64,000 bases of DNA from Candidatus Poribacteria bacterium (GTDB lineage Bacteria > Poribacteria > WGA-4E > WGA-3G): assembly GCA_965242965.1 (NCBI GenBank), contig OZ251518.1, positions 4,224,001-4,288,000 of the forward strand. The letters are read 5' to 3'. Shown here piece after piece: positions 56,333-64,000 of this stretch; position 1 is the first letter of the stretch, and each line of letters begins with the position of its first letter. The notes under the pieces are model-generated. The model was not told the DNA's origin and ran no database searches. It was given only the letters and a program-made list of their open reading frames with translations. The translations under genes were made by a program, and so were the position numbers.

Positions 56333-59300
56333 ATGAAATTATTGTTACACCTCGGCAGACCGCCCTGCCTTGCGATTCACGTGTTAGTGCTACTCGCGTG
56401 CTTTGCCTGCTGGGTGCCAAGCGCGGAAGCCCAGCAGCCCAACGTCGCGCCGACTATCAATCCTCCAACACCACAACCGACAGTGGATGAAAATACTTGG
56501 GGTATCATTGAGAGTTTGGTATCCTTGGTAACCGATCCTGATGACTCAATTGTACGTTTTGATGTCAGTGGGACGGATAGTGAGTTCTTTGATACTGACC
56601 CCGTTGATGATTGGACGTTGCACACAGCCGATGGCATCATCCTAGATTTCGAGAGGCCCGCAGACAAGCAGGTACCGGGAGCTACAGGGGAAGATGCCGG
56701 TGTTGCAGGAAATAACAAATACGTCTTGACCCTCACGGTGACAACCGGCACAGGGAATCGGGCACGCACTGCAAGCATAACGTTGACGGTTACAGTTGTG
56801 GATGATGACGATGATGAGCCGCCGTGGCGGCCCCAAAATCTGAAGGTGTCGGGTCCATGGAAGACCCCCCATCTACTGGTTGTAAAATGGGTGCCCGGGC
56901 CTCGCCCCTATCGCGATGGGACTACCCCTCCTCCGATACTGAGCCACGATGTTTGGTACAAGGAAGCGGGGAGTCCCACTTGGATACCCATGAATGTTGA
57001 AACCGGCACCGACACGACAGCCATGATTACCGAGTTGAGCGCGGGGGGCAGCTATGATGTCCAGGTGCGTGCTATAAACGAAGAGGGCAAAAGTGGGTGG
57101 ATACAAACAGATCGAAATGAGCCTGCGATGACTGCCAACAACGCCGCTCCGACGTTCACAACCAGTCGGACGACGTTCACCGTTAACGAAAACACCACGC
57201 TAGTAACGACTCTTGAGGCTACCGATGAGGATGTGGCTCCCACCGATCCGGATGAGGCGGATGCTGTCACTGAACCCCTCGCCGATACTGTCACTTACAC
57301 CCTCGGTGACACGGCAGATAAGGGGGCATTTGAGATTGATGAAGATACCAACGAACTGCGTTTCAAAGCCGTGCCGGACTTTGAGAATCCGGCAGATCTG
57401 GCGTTTGAAGATGCGACAGGTTCGGGCCGGGACAGTCCCGCGGGGGACAACGTGTATATCGTGGCTGTCACGGCGACGAGTGGTGAGGGTGCGCGGCTGT
57501 TGGCAGAAACGCAGTGGCTGACCATCACCGTCGCCGATGTGAAGGAACCGCTAGTTGAACGGTTTGCGTTGGTGCCGCCGCCTGCTGGGATATGGATCCC
57601 GGGGAGTGAGATCCGCTTCGAGGTCGCGTTTGACGATGATGGTGTTGACATTCCGGCGAACTTGGCGCGAGAAAATCGTCCGTTTCTCACGTTCTATTTA
57701 GGCGAGAGGACTGCGGCGAATAGTCGGCGCGCCTATTGGCAAGAACGGCGCGATGGGAATTCCACTATCGTGACGTTCGCTTACGAAGTGCAGGCGGACG
57801 ATTTCGCGACGGCTATCACGGTGGACGAAGAACGGGGCATCACGGTGCCGCCGGGGGTGACGATTCGGAATGGTGCGGGTGCTGCTGCGGCGACAACACC
57901 AGTTCGTGACGCGGAGGAACCGGGGGCATCGGCGGGGCAGTCTCGTCTCAATTTCCCAGAGTCGCAGCCCGCACGTCAGACAGGCGGGGGTGCGCAGCCG
58001 GCACCGTCGCCGACGCTGACGCAAGATATCTTCGTCGGCGTGCCCCTACTTATTCCGGAGACAGTTGACGAGAAGTTCACGGCATCAACGGTGCCACGCA
58101 CGCCGCTCATCTTCAACGAATTCGGCAATGGCGCAGATGCCACCAACGACTGGTTAGAACTCCGCAACGTCACCGGTGCTGCGGTATCGTTAAAAGACTG
58201 GGAGCTCAGCGTCGTGCAGAACGGCGAGAAGCAAGATGTTTCGCTCATCGTGTTTTCGGATGTGAGTGTGCCGGCAAATGGGCTGCTGTTGCTTACCCAC
58301 AGCAAACCGGCCGATACCCGGCTCGCCGCCGGTGATGACATTGCTAGCGATGGGAAGAACGGCGGATTAGCGCATCTGACTCTCGTGCATTCAGGGCTCG
58401 CGTTGCCGGATGACGGAAAGTTCCTATTGATTCTCCGCAATGCGAAGGACAAACTCGGTAAGAATGAGGCGTTCGTCGATGTCGCCGGTGGCGGCGGCAG
58501 CGTCACGGATGCATTCATTCGCGAGCAGGAAGGCAAATATGATACATACGTCTGGCCGTTGCAAGTGCTGCAGGCACCCGGTGAGGACACGGCAGCGGCA
58601 CTCGGTTCTGGCACAGTCTGGCAACGCGCCAAGGCGGACATTGTCGGTTACCACAAGGATGCATGGACGGAAGCGGCGTTCACAGGTTTAGGGTATGACA
58701 GGCAGGTGACACCGTCGGCGGCGTTCGGTGGCACGCCGGGGTATCCGAATGGCGCGGCGAAAGCGACAGTCGCAACTCCGAAAGGCAGTGTCACTATCAG
58801 CGAAATCATGGTTGATTCTGCCGGGGGCACGCTGCCGCAATGGATAGAGTTGTATAATAAGTCCAAAACCGAGGTATTGAATCTCAACCGTTGGAAGTTG
58901 GAGATTCAGAACGTGGCTACGGAAGAACTCATCGGCCGCCCGATTGTCACATTGACGCTAGGTGAAAAACTGCTTCAGCCGAATCAGACAGTGCTGATAG
59001 TCGCGGGGGAGGCGCGTGCTTCGTCACGTGCGCATCTGCCGGCGGACCGGATTTACAACCTGTTCGAGTTGCACCAGAAGAATCTCCGCGTGAAAACGCC
59101 GCGCGATACGTTCCTCAGTGCGGAAGGGTTCTATCTGAAACTCACCGATAGGGAAGGTGAGTTGGTAGACGAGGTAGGCAACACCGATGGAGATCGGCGT
59201 TCCGACGATGCGCCGGCGTGGGCATTGCCGCTGAGTGACGTTGAAGGTTCGCGGAGTTCGATAGTGCGGCGTTATGACAACGACGTTGCGCGGAATGGAA

Positions 59301-59773
59301 AGAAGCGCGCCAGTTGGGTCCTCGCCTCGCGCATCCGGGCGATTGATGGCGAACTCTACTACGGACATGCGAAGGACTTAGGCACGCCGGGCTGGCGCGC
59401 CGGTGGTGCATTGCCGGTGGAGTTATCCCGTTTCGCTGTGTCTCGCAACGATGCAGATGCGGTTGTCTTGACATGGGCAACCGAGTCGGAAGTTGATAAC
59501 GCCGGCTTCAATCTGCGTCGCAGTGAACGCCGCGATAGTGGTTTCACGCTCGTCAATTCTGCGTTGATTACGGGTGCCGGCACGACGGGTGAGCGTCAAA
59601 CTTATACGTTCACGGATACGTCGGCGAAGCCGGGAGTTGAGTATTATTATCAGTTGGAGGAGGTTTCGTTTGCGGGGAAGCCGCAGCTGTTATCGATGCG
59701 TTTCTTGCGCGGTCCCGTTTCTGCTGTGAATCGGCAGTTGCGGACGTTTGGGGAGGTGAAACGGCAAGAATAG
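56333..59773 (+). CDS. Large secreted protein: cadherin-like, FN3-like and two lamin-tail-like domains
   Basis: AAGGAG RBS; signal peptide; LDFERP/PDFENP cadherin motifs; YDVQVRAIN FN3; LTDs; LPVELSRF; terminal VSAVNRQLRTFGEVK. Confidence 0.88.
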   Translation: MKLLLHLGRPPCLAIHVLVLLACFACWVPSAEAQQPNVAPTINPPTPQPTVDENTWGIIESLVSLVTDPDDSIVRFDVSGTDSEFFDTDPVDDWTLHTADGIILDFERPADKQVPGATGEDAGVAGNNKYVLTLTVTTGTGNRARTASITLTVTVVDDDDDEPPWRPQNLKVSGPWKTPHLLVVKWVPGPRPYRDGTTPPPILSHDVWYKEAGSPTWIPMNVETGTDTTAMITELSAGGSYDVQVRAINEEGKSGWIQTDRNEPAMTANNAAPTFTTSRTTFTVNENTTLVTTLEATDEDVAPTDPDEADAVTEPLADTVTYTLGDTADKGAFEIDEDTNELRFKAVPDFENPADLAFEDATGSGRDSPAGDNVYIVAVTATSGEGARLLAETQWLTITVADVKEPLVERFALVPPPAGIWIPGSEIRFEVAFDDDGVDIPANLARENRPFLTFYLGERTAANSRRAYWQERRDGNSTIVTFAYEVQADDFATAITVDEERGITVPPGVTIRNGAGAAAATTPVRDAEEPGASAGQSRLNFPESQPARQTGGGAQPAPSPTLTQDIFVGVPLLIPETVDEKFTASTVPRTPLIFNEFGNGADATNDWLELRNVTGAAVSLKDWELSVVQNGEKQDVSLIVFSDVSVPANGLLLLTHSKPADTRLAAGDDIASDGKNGGLAHLTLVHSGLALPDDGKFLLILRNAKDKLGKNEAFVDVAGGGGSVTDAFIREQEGKYDTYVWPLQVLQAPGEDTAAALGSGTVWQRAKADIVGYHKDAWTEAAFTGLGYDRQVTPSAAFGGTPGYPNGAAKATVATPKGSVTISEIMVDSAGGTLPQWIELYNKSKTEVLNLNRWKLEIQNVATEELIGRPIVTLTLGEKLLQPNQTVLIVAGEARASSRAHLPADRIYNLFELHQKNLRVKTPRDTFLSAEGFYLKLTDREGELVDEVGNTDGDRRSDDAPAWALPLSDVEGSRSSIVRRYDNDVARNGKKRASWVLASRIRAIDGELYYGHAKDLGTPGWRAGGALPVELSRFAVSRNDADAVVLTWATESEVDNAGFNLRRSERRDSGFTLVNSALITGAGTTGERQTYTFTDTSAKPGVEYYYQLEEVSFAGKPQLLSMRFLRGPVSAVNRQLRTFGEVKRQE

Positions 59774-59785
59774 CCGTTCTCATTA

Positions 59786-60066
59786 CCGTAGCGCGGGGGC
59801 CTGTCCCCCGCGATCTTCCGGTAGACCGCGGCATGGCGAGGGACAGGCCCTCGCCCTACGGAGCAGAAGATGTCCCATTACCGTAGCGCGGGGGCCTGTC
59901 CCCCGCGATCATTGGGGCGCGCGGACGATGGCGAGGGACAGGCCCTCGCCCTACGGTAATCAAGACCGGCTCGTCTTGGTAGGAGGGACATCCTTGTCCC
60001 GATAGGTGCATCGAGACCGGGAGGTCTCTCCTACCCGAAGAAGTCGAGACCAGAGGTCTCGCCTAC
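59786..60066. repeat. REP cluster
   Basis: Two REPIN pairs plus GGGACATCCTTGTCCC and GAGACC.GGAGGTCTC hairpins. Confidence 0.85.
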
Positions 60067-61739
60067 GTAGGCATCCACGTCCGCGGCGCGATGCCTTCAA
60101 CATGCGTTTTGACATCAACAACCGCCGGTTTTCCTGAAGCGAAAGCCGAATCTAAAGCACCCGCAAGTTCACTCGGTTTGTTGACGGTCACCCCGAAACA
60201 ACCCATAGACTCAGCCATTTTGGCGAAGTCGGCATCCGGGAAAAGCCAGAGCTCATCGGAACCAGCGGTGCGCCCGCCATAAACGGACTCAACGCCGCCT
60301 TGTTCCTGATTCAATGAGTGGTTATTGTTCACGACGATAACGGCGTTAATCCCACATTTCATCGCAGTGTCCAATTCGGTCAGATGATACCAGATGCCGC
60401 CATCGCCGGTGAAGCAAAGCACCGGGCGTTCGGGTGCCGCGCACTTCGCGCCGAATGCCGCCGGAAGCCCCCACCCAAGCGAACCGGAACAACGGATAAA
60501 AATCTGCTCCGGATGTTTCAGATCTATCATTGTCCCAGTCCATATACCGGAATGTCCGGTGTCCGAGACGAGTATCGCGTCTGAAGGGAGATAAGTTGTC
60601 AACTCGCGACAGAGACGTTCCGGGAGCATCGGCAGCCGTTCTGAATTCACTTTTTCACTGACGCTTTCTCTCCAATTCGCCACCAATTCCTGCACGCGAG
60701 AGCCCCAGGCGGTGCGCTGTTGCGCGGTTTCGGCGGCATCAATCATGCGGCGCAGCGTATTTCTGACATCGCCTTGCATCCCCAACCGAATCGGGTAATT
60801 CCGTCCCAGTTCGTCTGGATTGATGTCAAGTTGGATAATAGGGGTGCCTTGTGGCGGAATGTTGTAGCCGTTGGTAACTTGTCCGCCTGTATGGCTGCCG
60901 ATGAAGAAAACCAGGTCTGCCTCACAAACGGCTTGGTTGGCACAGGCGCGCGAGTATGAGCCGGGAACCCCGACTGCAAGCGGATGGTCTGACGGAAACA
61001 TCGCCTTCGCATTCAAAGAGGTTGCGACAGGAATAGAGAGTTTTTCTGCGAGAGTTATCAATTCGGCGCGCGCGTCGGAAGTGGTTACGCCGCCGCCAGC
61101 CACGATAATAGGACGTTCGGCCTCGGCGAGCAGCTTGAGAGCCGCCGCTATTTTTTCTCCCTCTGCTTCAGGACGGAATGGCGGCAACTGCGCAAACCCC
61201 TCTTCAACGACAACCTCCAATTCACCTTCCCTGTCGATGACAGCAGAGCCGGCAATTCCTTCCAGATCGAGATGAACGGGGCCCGGGGTGCCGGATGTGG
61301 CCACCCGAAATGCCTGCCGCAAATAGAAGGGGAGTTGTTCCGGCGTGGCGACAAACGCGCTGTATTTCGTTACTGCAGAGAATGGATTACCGTGGTCTAC
61401 TTCTTGATACGCGTGTCGTTGCTGGTTGCGTTGGTTCTCTCGTCCCGTTAGCGCGATGACTGGGGAGCAGGCGAGATACGCGTCTTGCAGTCCGGCGGCA
61501 AGGTTCAGCGCGCCGACAGACTGAGCCATACAAAGGCTAGGCGCGCGTTTCACGCGGGCGTAAGCGTCCGCCATATAGGCGGCAGCCTTTTCACCGTGCG
61601 TCTGCACGCGTTTTATCCCCAAATTTTCCATTTCCATCAAGGCTCTGGGGCCAATATAGGGCATAAAGAAGACGTGCGTGATTCCGTAGCCGTGGACAGT
61701 CTCGGCGATAAATCGGGCACCTGTCATGTTCGGCATCAT
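60063..61739 (-). CDS. Thiamine pyrophosphate-binding enzyme (acetolactate synthase large subunit-like)
   Basis: HGEKAAAYMADAYAR, PGPVHLD, GSLGWGLP and GDGG...NN motifs. Confidence 0.92.
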   Translation of the reverse strand: MMPNMTGARFIAETVHGYGITHVFFMPYIGPRALMEMENLGIKRVQTHGEKAAAYMADAYARVKRAPSLCMAQSVGALNLAAGLQDAYLACSPVIALTGRENQRNQQRHAYQEVDHGNPFSAVTKYSAFVATPEQLPFYLRQAFRVATSGTPGPVHLDLEGIAGSAVIDREGELEVVVEEGFAQLPPFRPEAEGEKIAAALKLLAEAERPIIVAGGGVTTSDARAELITLAEKLSIPVATSLNAKAMFPSDHPLAVGVPGSYSRACANQAVCEADLVFFIGSHTGGQVTNGYNIPPQGTPIIQLDINPDELGRNYPIRLGMQGDVRNTLRRMIDAAETAQQRTAWGSRVQELVANWRESVSEKVNSERLPMLPERLCRELTTYLPSDAILVSDTGHSGIWTGTMIDLKHPEQIFIRCSGSLGWGLPAAFGAKCAAPERPVLCFTGDGGIWYHLTELDTAMKCGINAVIVVNNNHSLNQEQGGVESVYGGRTAGSDELWLFPDADFAKMAESMGCFGVTVNKPSELAGALDSAFASGKPAVVDVKTHVEGIAPRTWMPT

Positions 61740-61872
61740 GTTCCCTCCAAGTATGAATCGTGTAAACACTTTAGCAGAAGTCCTGAATTTTCGCAAATCG
61801 CGACTTAAAATGTTTGAATAGAAAAAATTGTTGTAATTAAGTATCAAATTGTGGTATCATTTTAATTAAAAT

Positions 61873-62322
61873 GAGGGTGTTTCATATTTCGATGCCTCTG
61901 GGGTAGGCGAGACCTCCCTCCGTCCGTAGCGCGGGGGCCTGTCCCCCGCGATCGTTGGGATGCGCGGACGCTGGCGAGGGACAGGCCCTCGCCCTACGGT
62001 GAAAGTGGGCTTTTCTCCGTCCGTAGCGCGGGGGCCTGTCCCCCGCGATTGTTGGGATGCGCGTGCATGAACGATGGCGAGGGACAGGCCCTCGCTACGG
62101 TGCGGGGGTGGCGTTTTTTATCGTAGCGCGGGGGCCTGTCCCCCGCGATCGTTAGATTGCGCGTGCACGCACGATGGCGAGAAAACCCGAGACGTTTTTT
62201 CCGTAGCGGGAACGATGGCGAGGGACAGGCCCTCGCCCTACGATGAAGGGGGGGCTTTCTGCCGCCGCTGCTCCGGTCGGCGCGCCACCCTATTGCATCG
62301 AGACCAGGAGGTCTCTCCTACT
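61873..62322. repeat. MITE end + REP cluster
   Basis: GAGGGTGTTTCATA end followed by three REPIN-like units. Confidence 0.8.
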
Positions 62323-62408
62323 AGGAAAACGGAAGCGTTCGGGGTGTCACGAAACCATTTTTTACAACAACGAGTTCTGCTAATATGTTTCAAAGAGGAA
62401 ATCAAGTT

Positions 62409-63971
62409 ATGAAGATATGGCGCGTAGGAATGTTAATATGTCTCGCCTGTCTCGTCGCGATGTCGGCGGCGGCGGAGGTGAGTTACCACGGACAGATTGT
62501 CCCGATTCTTAAGCGGAGTTGCCAAGGGTGCCACCACCCAGGCGATGCGAATGGCGATTTTATTGTGACGACATACGCCGAGCTCACGCGCGGCGGCATG
62601 GCAGGCGCGGCAATCATACCGGGGCAGCCAGATGAGAGTCTCCTCATCAAACTCATCTCTGGCGATGAGCCCGCGATGCCGCAGAATCAAGAGCCGCTGT
62701 CCGCTGAAGAAGTGGCATTTTTCCGGCAATGGATTCTGGAAGGCGCGCGCGACGATACGCCCACGGAAGTTGACGATTTAGGCGAGGGAAATTATCCTGT
62801 CTACACAGTGCCGCCTGTCGTTTCCGCGCTGGCGTATTCACCCGATGGCGGAACATTGGCAGTGTCCGGTGTCCGCGAGGTGCTGTTGTATGACACAACA
62901 CATTTTGAACTGAAGGCGCGGTTAGTCGGTAAGGCGCGCCGCATTCAGTCGCTCACGTATGCTGTCGATGGGAAACTCTTGGGCGTTGCAGGCGGCTCCC
63001 CTGCGCAATTCGGCGAAGTGCAATTGTGGGATACGGAGACAAATACCCTCGTCAAGGCGATACGTGCGAGTTATGATACCGTATATGGGCTTTCGTTTTC
63101 ACCAGATGCGAGTCGCATCGCATTCGGGTGTTCGGACCAGACAGTGCGCGTGCTCTCTGTTGCAGATGAGAAAGAACTGGTTAAATTTGATAACCACGGC
63201 GACTGGGTTTTCGGTACCATTTTCTCCACAGACGGCACGCATTTCGTGAGTTGCGGCCGCGACACCGCACTCAAACTCGTTGAAGTAGACACCGGCTCTT
63301 TCGTTGACGACATCAACTCCAGCAATAAGGGATACGGCGAGATAAATACCCTCGCGCGGCACCCCTCGGCGGACGAAGTATTGAGCGGCGGCGAGGACAG
63401 AATTCCGAGACGTTACAAAATCTTCCGCGAAATCCGACGCGACGTTGGGAACACTGACTTTAACCTCATCAAGGCGTATGAGGCGCAATCCGGTTCAATT
63501 GAGGCTGTCGCGTTTTCTGCCGATGGGAGTCTGTTTGCCGCGGGTAATGCCGGCGGTGAAGTGCGCGTCTATAACGTAGAAGATGGCACGCGCGTCGCAT
63601 CAATACGCGGCGATACTGTCGGCGTTTTCGCTGTCGCTTTTCATCCGGAAGGCACGCAACTCGCCGTGGGCGGTTTTGATGGAAAGGTTCGTGTCTTCGC
63701 TCCGAGTTCAGGAAAATTAATCACGGCGTTTATGTCTGTGCCGATAGAGGCTTCTGCCAGCGAAGATGTCGCCTTAACCGTCAGCGGCATGACGTGAGGG
63801 GCGTGTGTAACGAAAGTGCAGGATGCACTGACAAACCTCCAAGACGTTATCAGCGTCAAAGTTTCGCTGCCAGACCGGGCTGTCATTAAGGTTCGGAAAA
63901 ATGCTGTCTCTGCCGCGGATTTGGCGGATGTCATCAAGGCGACAGGATTTAGCGCAACCGCTAGTCAATGA
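62409..63971 (+). CDS. Exported cytochrome c (CxxCH) + WD40 + HMA domain; probable selenoprotein (UGA at 63795)
   Basis: Signal peptide; SCQGCHH; planctomycete-type cyt c motifs (PGQPDESLL, MP, WILEGA); WD40 repeats; VSGMT-TGA-GACVTKVQDAL... frame continues 57 codons to TGA 63969. Confidence 0.82.
63798..63840 (+). promoter_or_regulatory. Putative bacterial SECIS element
   Basis: AGTGCA-GGA-TGCACT hairpin; apical loop starts with G, 23 nt after UGA; possible lower GAGG/CCTC pairing. Confidence 0.65.
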
Positions 63972-64000
63972 GGTATGAGAGAATGAACACTGACATTCAC

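Noticed and set aside
1-64000. tRNA, rRNA, integrase or autonomous transposase genes
   Set aside because: None recognised by eye; tRNAscan/Rfam/ISfinder were not run

Overview
Bacterial genomic window, probably from Candidatus Poribacteria or a relative. This is inferred from the WD40-dockerin-FlgD/Ig secreted protein, lamin-tail surface proteins, the C-terminal 'V.P..KL.TTWG.LK' motif and dense GTAG-REP repeats. 1-12.7 kb is a type III-D CRISPR-Cas locus: 5'-truncated cas10 with GGDD, cas7-csx10 fusion, cas11, three more cas7, csx19, three accessory genes (helical+OB protein, a CARF-less HEPN-motif protein, a CARF-wHTH-effector fusion), cas6, a leader promoter and a 22-repeat array. No cas1/cas2 is visible in the window. 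The rest holds defence candidates (FRG-TPR, an Rpn nuclease with an intragenic start), secreted or surface proteins (WD40, coiled-coil, two SpoIVB-type peptidases, two lamin-tail paralogues), an ECF sigma/anti-sigma/TPR/folD cluster, sugar-acid and sulfur metabolism genes, and at the right end a cytochrome c-WD40 gene that appears to read through UGA (selenocysteine) into a heavy-metal-binding domain. Many intergenic spaces carry several REP families, some packaged inside a ~300 bp MITE. All family assignments come from motif recognition by eye; no database searches were run.
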